Shown here: piece by piece, positions 47,979-57,385 of the stretch
Layout of the letters: the number at the start of each line of letters is the position of its first letter
How positions within the stretch are numbered: position 1 is the first letter of the stretch
Source: Alphaproteobacteria bacterium
GTDB taxonomy: Bacteria > Pseudomonadota > Alphaproteobacteria > Rhodospirillales > Rhodospirillaceae
DNA: 64,000 nt
Assembly (NCBI GenBank): GCA_030835385.1
Contig: JAURPI010000040.1
Location: 78,735 to 142,734 of the forward strand
Direction: 5' to 3'
Notes under the pieces: model-generated
Databases searched by the model: none
What the model was told of the DNA's origin: nothing
Seen by the model: only the letters and a program-made list of their open reading frames with translations
Translations under genes and position numbers: made by a program

Positions 47979-48118
47979 AAGCGATGACGAGAACGGTGAT
48001 TCAAATGGGCTATGGGGGTGTTCAAGTCAACGCGTTAATGATGCCGCTTGATCCCATAGGTGTCGGGCGGATAGCGTGCATGAGACTTTCAGGATCTCTT
48101 TAGCCTTGGAGACTACGA

Positions 48119-49210
48119 ATGCCACTCGTTGCCCGGCCAGGCCTAGACCGCATTCAGCCATATCAGCCGGGGCAAAAGCCAATCGGAGGCGGTGGACCGG
48201 GAGTAAAGCTCTCGGCCAATGAGTCTGCTCTCGGACCTAGTCCGAAAGCTATGGCGGCCTATGCCGATGCCGGTGGCGTCATCGAACGTTATCCTGACGC
48301 CAATGCGGTTAGAATTCGCCAAGCGCTTGCCGATCGGTACGGCCTAAAGGTTGAGAATATTCTGATGGGGATTGGGTCTGACGAGTTGCTAAGCGCTCTC
48401 GTGAGGACCTATGCCGGAGCTGGCGATGAAGTGCTGTATCCCACGGCAACTTTTCCTATGTATCGAATTTACGCCCTATCCACTGGGGCAGACATCGTCC
48501 AGGCGCCGGATACCGATTACCGGGCGGATGTTGATGCGCTCCTGGCAGCAGTCACGGAGCGCACTAAAGTTGTTATTGTTGCAAACCCTAACAATCCGAC
48601 GGGAACTTATCTAACCAGTGATGAGATGGAGCGACTTAGGGCTGGATTACGCGATGACATACTACTGATCATCGATGCGGCCTATGCCGAATACGTTTCT
48701 AAGGCTGACTACGACGCTGGCATTGCGTTGGTCAACGCGACAGATAACACGGTCATGACCCGCACGTTTTCGAAAGTGCATGGTATGGCGTCTTTGCGAA
48801 TTGGTTGGTGTTATGCGCACTCAGATATTGTGTCGTTGGTCGGGCGTATCCGTTCGCCATTCAATGTATCTAGCGCGGGGCAGGCGGCTGGAATTGCAGC
48901 CCTTGAAGATAAAACCCATGAAGATGCCGTGATTGCTCATACTGCAAAGTGGCATAGCATCGCCTCGCAAAGGCTCACTGGTTTGGGGTTGGAAATTACA
49001 GGTACGGAAGGTAACTTTGTGTGTGTTGGCTTCCCTGATGAAGAGGGAAAACGAGCCAAGGATGCGGACGCCTTTCTACGTAAGAGCGACATTATTACTC
49101 GCTCGATGGCCGGGTTCGGATTGCCAAAGCACTTGCGAGTCACCATCGGGACCGACAAAGAAATGGAGACATGTCTCGACGCGATCGAGGAATTTGTTCG
49201 GGCTTGGTAA
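48119..49210 (+). CDS. hisC: Histidinol-phosphate aminotransferase
   Basis: HisC pattern (IQPYQPG...KLSANE, NPNNPTG, FSKVHGMASLRIGW with the PLP lysine). Confidence 0.9.
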   Translation: MPLVARPGLDRIQPYQPGQKPIGGGGPGVKLSANESALGPSPKAMAAYADAGGVIERYPDANAVRIRQALADRYGLKVENILMGIGSDELLSALVRTYAGAGDEVLYPTATFPMYRIYALSTGADIVQAPDTDYRADVDALLAAVTERTKVVIVANPNNPTGTYLTSDEMERLRAGLRDDILLIIDAAYAEYVSKADYDAGIALVNATDNTVMTRTFSKVHGMASLRIGWCYAHSDIVSLVGRIRSPFNVSSAGQAAGIAALEDKTHEDAVIAHTAKWHSIASQRLTGLGLEITGTEGNFVCVGFPDEEGKRAKDADAFLRKSDIITRSMAGFGLPKHLRVTIGTDKEMETCLDAIEEFVRAW

Positions 49211-49213
49211 GGT

Positions 49214-49254
49214 AAAAAAACCCCCGGCAGCCTTGGGACGAGGCGTTGCCGGGG
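49214..49254. terminator. Hairpin terminator between convergent hisC and the 133-aa ORF (T-tract on the minus strand)
   Basis: aaaaaaa, then ccccggca/loop/tgccgggg. Read on the minus strand, the hairpin is followed by TTTTTTT. Confidence 0.6.
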
Positions 49255-49264
49255 TGGAATCAGT

Positions 49265-49342
49265 CTGGGACGGGTTGGTAAGGGACAGTTTGGGGCTGCA
49301 CTCTCTTAGCGGGGCGTCAGCTGGGACCGGATGGTAAGGGCC
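49265..49342 (+). repeat. Two imperfect 22-bp direct repeats CTGGGAC(G/C)GG(T/A)TGGTAAGGG(A/C)C
   Basis: 49265-49286 and 49321-49342 match at 19 of 22 positions by hand alignment. Both are preceded by CAG. Confidence 0.6.
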
Positions 49343-49388
49343 GGCCGTTGGGATCATTCGGGTTTGTTATGACTTTTTCACCACACCT

Positions 49389-49790
49389 TTAGACTTCGAC
49401 GAGGTGAGAACTAATCGCTTCGTTGACTTCATTGTACGCAGCTTCCATTTCCTGAATTCTAGGGCGAAGGCTGCGTATTTCTTCCATTTCTTTATCGGTC
49501 ATCGGTGTCTTGTTCGATGCCACCATCAATGTCATGGCCAAATAGCGAGCCTTAAGCTCGGCGATCATTTTGGCTAACGCAATCATCTCGTGGGGATCGA
49601 TAATGTCCACGTGCTGCTTCAGAGCGCGCTTCATTTCGTCTTCTACGATGTGAGTGACATGGCGTGCGAACTGACTTGCTGTCAGTGGTGCCTGTCCGCT
49701 TTCGCCATGGTCATGGTCAAAAGGTGGGCTCGACTGTGATGTCTTTTCGTCCTTAATGTTGCGGACGGCAATAAAATCGATCACGGACAT
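49389..49790 (-). CDS. Hypothetical protein (133 aa, predicted helical / coiled-coil C-terminal half)
   Basis: An ORF with an AGGAAG Shine-Dalgarno sequence 7 nt upstream of the ATG, preceded by a consensus sigma-54 promoter. I recognise no family. Confidence 0.65.
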   Translation of the reverse strand: MSVIDFIAVRNIKDEKTSQSSPPFDHDHGESGQAPLTASQFARHVTHIVEDEMKRALKQHVDIIDPHEMIALAKMIAELKARYLAMTLMVASNKTPMTDKEMEEIRSLRPRIQEMEAAYNEVNEAISSHLVEV

Positions 49791-49858
49791 AGCGGCTTCC
49801 TTACGTCACTCTTTCGTTTCACATTCGCGTGGCCGTTAAGGCCTATGCCCTAATAGAA

Positions 49859-49875
49859 TGCAAGCCCCGTGCCAA
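49859..49875 (-). promoter_or_regulatory. Sigma-54 (RpoN) promoter
   Basis: The minus strand reads TTGGCACGGGGCTTGCA, which is TGGCAC-N5-TTGCA, a perfect match to the -24/-12 consensus. It lies about 70 nt upstream of the ATG at 49790. Confidence 0.7.
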
Positions 49876-49980
49876 TCGCATGAACGGATAGTTAATTCAA
49901 TAATAACAATGACGTAGAAGGGCATGAGCTGGCGAATGGGGCATGGGTGTGATGGTCGCCGGTCAATCTTTTCCACGCGG

Positions 49981-49999
49981 CTCGGCAAGCTCTGCCGAG
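49981..49999. promoter_or_regulatory. Perfect dyad CTCGGCA-N5-TGCCGAG (candidate enhancer-binding-protein site, or a terminator stem of the upstream gene)
   Basis: 7-bp perfect inverted repeat arms separated by 5 bp. The centre lies about 117 bp upstream of the -24 element. Confidence 0.4.
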
Positions 50000-50023
50000 T
50001 GGTTTGGGCCTAAGAAAAGGCGA

Positions 50024-50953
50024 TTATCTGGAGCGTTCGCAATTCACGACAAACTCTGGATGATCGAGCCCTATAAACTTTGCATTCAAAGCCGCATGGC
50101 CATTCACCGTCGGTTTGGAGTTGCCATTTTGATAAGCTTGCAGGGCGAGGGCGTTATTGAAGAACCCTGATGTCCAGATGATCTGTCGCAGTTGGATTCC
50201 CAGTGCGTTATCGCCGAGCCAAACAAAGTCACCCTGGTTGTGCACTTTGACGTCTCTAAAATTAACCCAGCCGTCGTTTTCATCCTGGTGCCGTCCATAG
50301 CAGGAATAGAAGCGCGCTTTACGGAACCGTTCCGGGATGTCCAGTCCACGAATGCGGTTACCTTCCATGTCGTAAACCAAGTCGCTGCGCCATAGGTCCG
50401 GTGGGCTGAGAATACCTGTTGCGTCGACAGTGGTTTCCTTCCCATCGACACCGCCAACACATGCGTCAGGATCTGTTTTACCTTTGAACTGGCTGCCTTC
50501 ACGCTTCCAATACATTGTGCATTGCGGATTGAAGCGGTAATCCTCGGGTCCTATGTCTGCCGCCGCTAGGGCATTACCTGCCAGATAAGACCAGTCGCCG
50601 TCGTTCTTGAACCAAAGCTCATGGGTGATGGCTTGACGTTCAATATCTACAAAAAAATGATGAACCGACACATAGTTTAACTCGCCTTGCAGTCCATCTT
50701 TTCCGTAGTTCTCTATGACAAACAGAACCCCAGGGAAGTTGTCGTTCTCAACCGCCTCATATTCCATGTGAATGCGCTTGTGACGCATCTCATCGGGCAG
50801 CCCTTGAATGTCTTCGTTGAATATCTGGATTTCGTTGTCCCAATGGCCAGAGAACCATCGCACAAAAGTATCAAAGTCGCGCTCGACTTCGGTTTGTGCT
50901 GAGACGGGCAGAGCCAGCAAGCTGAACATCAATATCACGAAAATATTTCTCAT
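50024..50953 (-). CDS. Secreted protein, CpcT/CpeT-like (DUF1001-like) domain
   Basis: Signal peptide MRNIFVILMFSLLALPVSA. FVRWFSGHWDNEIQ resembles the N-terminal motif of the CpcT/CpeT family as I recall it. Confidence 0.55.
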   Translation of the reverse strand: MRNIFVILMFSLLALPVSAQTEVERDFDTFVRWFSGHWDNEIQIFNEDIQGLPDEMRHKRIHMEYEAVENDNFPGVLFVIENYGKDGLQGELNYVSVHHFFVDIERQAITHELWFKNDGDWSYLAGNALAAADIGPEDYRFNPQCTMYWKREGSQFKGKTDPDACVGGVDGKETTVDATGILSPPDLWRSDLVYDMEGNRIRGLDIPERFRKARFYSCYGRHQDENDGWVNFRDVKVHNQGDFVWLGDNALGIQLRQIIWTSGFFNNALALQAYQNGNSKPTVNGHAALNAKFIGLDHPEFVVNCERSR

Positions 50954-50955
50954 CT

Positions 50956-52545
50956 TCAGAGTCCTAACGCTCCAGGGTTCATGAGTCCTTTTGGGTCAAC
51001 GTGGGCCTTGAGGGATTTGACCATATTCAACGCCCCTTCATCCCGTTCACGGGTGTAAGGATAGGCCTTGCCAATCTGCATATGGGTGCCGCCGCATTCG
51101 TAGATGCAATCAATAATGCCTTGTTTCATTTCGCTCACGATTTTGCGGCCTTCAATATTCGGCTCAAAGGTTTTGATGGCCTTGAGGACTTCTGGGTCAG
51201 TGTGGCGATCAATAAAAGCTGCGCGTGAATCGTCCCAGTAAAAAACTGGCTCAAACAGAAAGGCGTTGGTGGCAATAGTTGTGAACATCGACGCTTTGAC
51301 GATTTTGTGTTGTGCCATCTTGTCGCTATACCGGTCGTAAAGGGCATCAATCTTTGTTTTGAATTCCTCGACCTTGGAGAAGGGGAGAATTCCGTGCATG
51401 GCCAGCCAACGTTCGCCAGATGTGCCCATGAGAGAAAAGGGCGGAAATGGGTAGGCGCGAACGACAGCAGGCACGGTATTAACGATTTCATTGCCGTGAG
51501 GTCCAACGGCGTTGCGCAATGCGGCGAGCTGACTCTTCATGTCGCGCATATCCCGCGCTTCGCAAATAAAGTGGGCGGTGTATTGCGCCTTATCGATAAA
51601 CCGCTTACCGGCCATCGCAATTTTCAGGACCTGCCAAGCCCCAGCGAAAATATTCCGTCCAGCCATGCCGACGGCCCAAAGGGTTTTGAGGTCTTGCGCT
51701 AAACCCTGACCGCCCGTAAAGACTTTCATCACGGTGGCATCAAAGCCAAATGCTTCAGTTGGCAAACCTTCACGTGCCGCCGCCGCCATGCCGCGATGCA
51801 TACCGTCGAAGGTTTCAAACCCATAAGACAAGCCTAAGACCACGGGCAAACGGGGCTGAAGTCTCAAGGTAATTGTTGCTTTGATGCCCAATGAGCCGGC
51901 GTCATTACAAAACAGTCCCGTCAGGTCAGGCCCGTAGTGTCGGAAGAACGGGGAGTGATTGGGTTGTCCTGCCGATCCGGTTGTCACGATGGTACCGTCA
52001 GCCAACACCACTTCCATGCCCTCTGCCGCAACGCCGGACGGCCCATGTTTGGATGATCCGTAGGTCACACTGCCTTGAGATAGCGAACCGCCGACCGTCG
52101 CGTTTAATCCGGAGAATGGTCCCCAGAACACTGGCCGCACACCTTTGCCTTTAAGTGCGTCTTCTAATGCGGCCCAGGTGCACCCGGTCTCGACAGTGAC
52201 GTACATATCTTCTGTGTTGATCTCGATAATGCGGTTCATATTGCGGGTATCGACGGTTACCCCATTGCTTGTTGTAGGAATGTAACCATCGGTGTATGAA
52301 AACCCGCCACCGCGCGGGAACAGAGCGACGTCCGCTGCCGTGATTGCGGCCACTGCCTTCGCCAGTTTCTCTTTGCTATCCGGTTGAATGACTGCGAGGA
52401 CTGTAGGGCCTTGGCCATAGACGTCCTGTGAATAGTAAGCACGCTCGGCTTCGTCAGTAACGACATTGTCTGCGCCAAGAATACCGGTCAGCGTGTCTAT
52501 CAAGCCAGAATGAGAACCGGAAGATAAGTCGTGTGCTTCAGACAT
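50956..52545 (-). CDS. FAD-binding oxidoreductase (FAD-linked oxidase, GlcD-like)
   Basis: 529 aa with an FAD_binding_4-type N-domain (LFPRGGGFSY...) and a C-terminal FAD-oxidase domain. Confidence 0.8.
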   Translation of the reverse strand: MSEAHDLSSGSHSGLIDTLTGILGADNVVTDEAERAYYSQDVYGQGPTVLAVIQPDSKEKLAKAVAAITAADVALFPRGGGFSYTDGYIPTTSNGVTVDTRNMNRIIEINTEDMYVTVETGCTWAALEDALKGKGVRPVFWGPFSGLNATVGGSLSQGSVTYGSSKHGPSGVAAEGMEVVLADGTIVTTGSAGQPNHSPFFRHYGPDLTGLFCNDAGSLGIKATITLRLQPRLPVVLGLSYGFETFDGMHRGMAAAAREGLPTEAFGFDATVMKVFTGGQGLAQDLKTLWAVGMAGRNIFAGAWQVLKIAMAGKRFIDKAQYTAHFICEARDMRDMKSQLAALRNAVGPHGNEIVNTVPAVVRAYPFPPFSLMGTSGERWLAMHGILPFSKVEEFKTKIDALYDRYSDKMAQHKIVKASMFTTIATNAFLFEPVFYWDDSRAAFIDRHTDPEVLKAIKTFEPNIEGRKIVSEMKQGIIDCIYECGGTHMQIGKAYPYTRERDEGALNMVKSLKAHVDPKGLMNPGALGL

Positions 52546-52569
52546 AGTGTGCTCTTTCTTGCATTAGAA

Positions 52570-54327
52570 TTAATCTTTGATCAGTGCAATCAATGCCGCA
52601 GCGCGACGGGAACTATCATTTGATAATGTAATGGTTTTGCCATTGGGCGTTAACGAGGCGGCCCGCTCACAGCGCGTATTATATGGACTGCCGGACCGAG
52701 GCCCAAATGTTGCTGGTACTACGATTTGTTTCAGCGCCGTCTCGCAGTCAAAGGACAGTGCATCCTGAACCACGTGATGATAGGCGGGTGACGCTTTGAG
52801 GAGGTCTACGGCGCGTGAATGGAGCCGGGCGGGGTTCACTTCTGGCGGTTGAGCAACAGCGTTCTCTGGTTTGGCTTCAAACCAGGGCCAAAATAGCTCG
52901 CTGTCCCGGACTATGTACCAGGCTTCGGCCATATGCTGCCCATAGGGCTGGGGTGTCAAAGGAGGCGCGAAACGACCAGCCAGTTTTTCTTTATCCGCAT
53001 TATCGAATAACCAGAAATCAACGGCGGTGAGCGAGCTGATGTTCAATGAGGTGCGTTCAATCAGTTTGAGCGCAACCAGACCACCCCCGCCATAGGCAAA
53101 TACGTGGGCGTTCTCGATGCCGAGAGATTGCAGAGCTTCATCAACTGCTTGCGCGCAGGCATCGAGTGTTACCGAGCCTTCTCCCCATCCATTTCCAGTC
53201 TCTCCGTGGCCCGGCAAATCAAAAGCAATAAATGGGCGCCTACCCATAAATGTGGTCATTACCGGTTGCCACCTTTGGCACGACGATCCCAAATTATGAA
53301 TCATGACCACAGGTAAGCCACTGCCAGCATCGCCGCGACGCATATATAGTTGTCCGGTTTTTGTCTCTGCGTAGGATGCCCATGCGCGACAAGTGATGGT
53401 GCCGGTTGCCGTTAAGGGCGGGGCATCACCTTCTGCGTAATCCAATAGGAGGGCTTTGACCGCGTCATTAAGTGCATCCAGGTCACCGTATTTCTGAACA
53501 GTAACAGTATTGGGGAGGTCTGATGGTAGGCGGTCTAAGTGTTCATACAACAGATCGTGCACTTGGGCCGTGACCAAGCACTTGCCTGTGATTCCGCGCA
53601 AGATATCGACGCCGTCGCAGCGAAAAGCTGCACCATATCCGTCGGCCTCATGGGGTCCAGTCCGAAGTAGGTCGAGCACGTCTTCCTGCAGCACCTCTGG
53701 AGCAGGAACTGCGAACTTATCACGCATAATTGCCCGCGCTGCCTCGGTATGAACTGACCATGGAAAGTAAAGGAATTGATCCCTAATCCGTTGCCAAACA
53801 TGGGCGAGGTGACGCCCATCTGTCTCAGGTGTGTAATCAGAAAAGTAGTTTGCGAGAATTTCTTCACGCTCTTCTTCGGTGACGACGAGATAACCATTCG
53901 CAACGGTTATGGTGAGTCTATCTGGATAGAGCCGCGCGCATTCAGCTGCGATCATTGCTCCAGTATGGTGCCCATATAAGCCGAAGCGATCTAGGCCGAG
54001 GGTGTCGGCAAAAGCCACTAGGGCATCTGCAAAATCAGACAGATCGAATAACGCGCTATTCTCATTCTCCGGTAAAGGGTCAGACGCCCCATAACCAGGT
54101 GTGTCGGGTGCGATAAGTGTGAAGGTGTCTGCCCAGGCACGCATTAATGGCTCGAGTTCAGCCGATGAACGCGGACTCATGTGTAAAAGTATGACGGGCG
54201 GTCCAGACCCAGCGCGCCGATAGTGCACCTGCCGGGCGACGCCATCGAGCGTGTTAACCGTTGCGACGTGGCGGGTAATGGTCACGGCAGCGCTGTGCTT
54301 AAGTTTCGGGCGTATGGGCTTTGTCAA
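52570..54327 (-). CDS. Fusion of two alpha/beta-hydrolase-fold domains, both with non-canonical nucleophile elbows
   Basis: Domain 1 reads PPVILLHMSP...APDTPGYGASD...GLYGHHTGAMIA. Domain 2 reads LPVVMIHNLGSS...FDLPGHGETG...FAYGGGGLVAL. The nucleophile positions are occupied by His and Gly. Confidence 0.75.
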   Translation of the reverse strand: MTKPIRPKLKHSAAVTITRHVATVNTLDGVARQVHYRRAGSGPPVILLHMSPRSSAELEPLMRAWADTFTLIAPDTPGYGASDPLPENENSALFDLSDFADALVAFADTLGLDRFGLYGHHTGAMIAAECARLYPDRLTITVANGYLVVTEEEREEILANYFSDYTPETDGRHLAHVWQRIRDQFLYFPWSVHTEAARAIMRDKFAVPAPEVLQEDVLDLLRTGPHEADGYGAAFRCDGVDILRGITGKCLVTAQVHDLLYEHLDRLPSDLPNTVTVQKYGDLDALNDAVKALLLDYAEGDAPPLTATGTITCRAWASYAETKTGQLYMRRGDAGSGLPVVMIHNLGSSCQRWQPVMTTFMGRRPFIAFDLPGHGETGNGWGEGSVTLDACAQAVDEALQSLGIENAHVFAYGGGGLVALKLIERTSLNISSLTAVDFWLFDNADKEKLAGRFAPPLTPQPYGQHMAEAWYIVRDSELFWPWFEAKPENAVAQPPEVNPARLHSRAVDLLKASPAYHHVVQDALSFDCETALKQIVVPATFGPRSGSPYNTRCERAASLTPNGKTITLSNDSSRRAAALIALIKD

Positions 54328-55099
54328 AGGCGCTGCCGATTTCGTCGGCAGTCTTTTTCATAAACGCAATATGTTTATCAATGACTTGGTCAGTCGTGAT
54401 AGCGGAGCGAATAAATCGCACGACAACACCGCCAATAACATTTCCTTTGACGAATAAGGGAACAGCGATACTCATTTCCGCCATTGATGGGTTGTCGAAC
54501 ACCGCATAACCGTTGCGACGTACTTCCGATAGGATTCGGTCTACCATTTGCCGGTCGCGCGCGATATTATCTTCTACCCGATCAGATTTTTGAAGCACAC
54601 CGAGCAGAACTTCGCGTTGCTCGTCACTACAAAAGGCGAGGTAGGCGCGTCCCGAGGACGAACCAAGAACAGGCACGCGAAGCCCAGCAGAATAACGCTT
54701 AAGGGCGAGGGGGCTGTCACGATCTGTGGTTTCACGGACCAACATGGACATGCCACTCAGTGTGGAAATCGCCAGAGGCCAAACCACATCGTCAGCCAGT
54801 TTGTTAAGCATCGGCTTGGCAATTTCTTGCACCCAGGATTCATCGTCGTATCCGTCCGACAACGAGCGAACTTTTGTGGTCAGACGATAGCGATCGTCAC
54901 TGAGATCACGGATGGCATAACCAGATACGCAAAGTGTTTCGAGAACGCGGTAAGCCGTGGTTCGGGGTAAACCGACAGCCTTGGCGATATCGGTCACCGT
55001 CGCGCCATTGTGTCGGTTGAGTTGTTGGAGAGCGTCTAAGCCCCGCATCAACGCCCTGGTCGGGCGAACTGAGTCTACGCTCTGCTTCTTGGTTGGCAT
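54299..55099 (-). CDS. IclR family transcriptional regulator
   Basis: N-terminal wHTH (ALMRGLDALQQLNRHNGATVTDIAKAVGLPRTTAYRVLETL) and a C-terminal IclR effector domain. An alternative GTG start lies at 55138. Confidence 0.88.
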   Translation of the reverse strand: MPTKKQSVDSVRPTRALMRGLDALQQLNRHNGATVTDIAKAVGLPRTTAYRVLETLCVSGYAIRDLSDDRYRLTTKVRSLSDGYDDESWVQEIAKPMLNKLADDVVWPLAISTLSGMSMLVRETTDRDSPLALKRYSAGLRVPVLGSSSGRAYLAFCSDEQREVLLGVLQKSDRVEDNIARDRQMVDRILSEVRRNGYAVFDNPSMAEMSIAVPLFVKGNVIGGVVVRFIRSAITTDQVIDKHIAFMKKTADEIGSAFDKAHTPET

Positions 55100-55392
55100 T
55101 GCTATGTGTCCCGCGTGCACTGGTTTTTTGCCCACCACAGCGTTTTAGTTTTTGCTTGTCGCCCACATGCGCCGCCTGGAGGGCAGGGCCTTGACCGCTG
55201 TGTGGAGGCATAAGACCCTCAAAGACGATCGCCATCACCCCCACCATAATCGCTCGTCCGACAGGTGGACGCGATTATTTGTGGCTAGAACAGGACCCGC
55301 TTTAAACCCATAGTCTGAAATGTAGGGACCGGGCCGTAAGACGCGCCAATACAATAGACAAAAGAGGTTTGTGAGCCTTACAAAGAACCACC

Positions 55393-55944
55393 GTGAATAG
55401 TGATGCCCTCCATACAGAGGCTGACTTTACCGTTGGTGGAGAAGTCGGCTTAGACCCGTCTATCGATGATGACGCCCGTCGGGCTTTTCGGGATGCTCTG
55501 GGTCAGTTCTGCACGGGTGTGACCACAATGACCACCATTGCCCCGGATGGTGAACACGTTGGGATAACGGCCAGTTCTTTTAACTCTTTGTCCCTCGATC
55601 CACCTCTAATCTTGTGGAGCATTGCAAACGATACTCCCAGCTTTGAGTGTTTCCGGATCGCTGATCCGTTTGTGGTTAATGTTTTGGCCGCCGATCAGGA
55701 GCCCCTGGCCAGGAAGTTTGCACAGTCAGGGTCAGACAAGTTCAGCGGTGTCCAGGTTCAAGCAGGATTAAAGGGTATCCCGATTATAGAAGGCTGCGTC
55801 GCTCACCTTGAGTGTGAAGTGGACGCCCGGCATCCGGGTGGGGACCACGACATCATTATTGGGCGGGTTCATCGAGTCTTCAACTTGCGGAAGGCACCAC
55901 TGCTATTTCACGGCGGAGCATTTCATTCGCTATCTGATCAATAA
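55393..55944 (+). CDS. Flavin reductase family protein (HpaC-like)
   Basis: FRDALGQFCTGVTTMTT...SSFNSLSLDPPLILWSI is the typical Flavin_Reduct pattern. GTG start. Confidence 0.85.
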   Translation: MNSDALHTEADFTVGGEVGLDPSIDDDARRAFRDALGQFCTGVTTMTTIAPDGEHVGITASSFNSLSLDPPLILWSIANDTPSFECFRIADPFVVNVLAADQEPLARKFAQSGSDKFSGVQVQAGLKGIPIIEGCVAHLECEVDARHPGGDHDIIIGRVHRVFNLRKAPLLFHGGAFHSLSDQ

Positions 55945-56118
55945 CGCAGAAATATTTAGCGTCATTTTGGCTGCCTCTTCTGAATACTGATCACTTTGTG
56001 GACAGTCCTCTAGGCTGCCTTGTTCGCAGCTTTGCTAGTGATAAAACGAATGACAATAAGTCCGCTGCATAGACCAAGGTCACCAGCGGTCTATCAAAAG
56101 ACTGAGGACCTTCAGAGT

Positions 56119-57330
56119 ATGTCTATAAATCTAAGGGGGAAAGACCCCGTTATCATTGCGGGCGCCGGACCTGTTGGCTGCACATTAGCCCTGTACCTGG
56201 CGAGAGAGGGGATCCCCGTTCTCATGCTGGAGGCAGAATCAGAGCTGCCTGAAGATTTGCGCGCATCGACCTGGCATCCACCGACATTGGACATGCTGGA
56301 TAAGCTGGAGATTACCGAAGAACTCATAAGTACGGGTCTCATTGTTCCAAATTATCAATACCGTGATCGCCGTACAGGCGAGTATGCGGACTTCAAAATG
56401 GCTGATCTTGGAGACGCCACACGTCACCCTTATCGCTTACAGACAGAGCAGTTCCGTCTAACTCGTATTGTATGTCGAATCTTAGAGGGCATGGATAACG
56501 CAGAGGTGCGGTTTAACCACACGGTGACAAACGTATCCCAAGATGCAGATTCAGTGACGGTGACCGCAGATACACCAGAGGGGTCTGAGGACCTCCGTGG
56601 GTCACTCGTATTTGCCGGAGATGGCGCCAACAGTGCCATCCGTCGTAAAGCCTCAATTGAATTTGAAGGGTTTACCTACCCTGAGAAATTCCTTGTCGCA
56701 TCGACGCCGTATCCGCTCGAAGATCATTTCCCAGGTTTGGCATGGGTGAATTACATCGCCGATCCCGATGAATGGTGTGTGCTGCTACGCTGTAACAATC
56801 TCTGGCGAGTCTTGTTTCCAACGCCTCCTGAGTACACGAATGAGCAGCTGCTGTCCGATGACTACATTCAAAAACGGCTACATTTTCTGGCTGAGATCGA
56901 AGGTGATTTCGAAGTTAAACACCGCACGCTTTACAACGTTCATCAGCGTGTCGCGAAGAACTATCGCATCGGCCGGATACTACTTGGCGGTGACGCCGCC
57001 CACGTCAACAACCCGCTCGGTGGCATGGGCATGAACGGTGGCATTCACGACGCCATTAATCTTGCTGAAAAGTTGATGATGATCGATCGCGGTGAGGCCG
57101 AAGACGATATACTTGATCTGTATGACCGACAGCGCCGCATCATTTGTAAGGACTTTGTTCAGAGCCAGAGCATTGCCAACAAGAAGGCGATCGAAGCGCA
57201 GGATCCTGAAGCGCACAAAAAACAGCAGGCAAAGTATATGGAAGCAGCGGCTGACCCTGAACTGGCTCTGCCATTCCTGAGGTGCACATCAATGATTGAT
57301 AGCGTGCGGGATTCATACGAAATCCAATAA
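56119..57330 (+). CDS. FAD-dependent aromatic-ring monooxygenase (group A flavoprotein hydroxylase)
   Basis: VIIAGAGPVGCTLALYLAREGIPVLMLE (GxGxxG), DG motif FAGDGANSAIR, and GDAAH...P..G.G.N motif (LLGGDAAHVNNPLGGMGMNGGIHDA). Confidence 0.88.
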   Translation: MSINLRGKDPVIIAGAGPVGCTLALYLAREGIPVLMLEAESELPEDLRASTWHPPTLDMLDKLEITEELISTGLIVPNYQYRDRRTGEYADFKMADLGDATRHPYRLQTEQFRLTRIVCRILEGMDNAEVRFNHTVTNVSQDADSVTVTADTPEGSEDLRGSLVFAGDGANSAIRRKASIEFEGFTYPEKFLVASTPYPLEDHFPGLAWVNYIADPDEWCVLLRCNNLWRVLFPTPPEYTNEQLLSDDYIQKRLHFLAEIEGDFEVKHRTLYNVHQRVAKNYRIGRILLGGDAAHVNNPLGGMGMNGGIHDAINLAEKLMMIDRGEAEDDILDLYDRQRRIICKDFVQSQSIANKKAIEAQDPEAHKKQQAKYMEAAADPELALPFLRCTSMIDSVRDSYEIQ

Positions 57331-57385
57331 GACGATACACGGTTGCTCCTTAAGGGGGCGCCGACAAGACGAAGCGGAGGGACCC

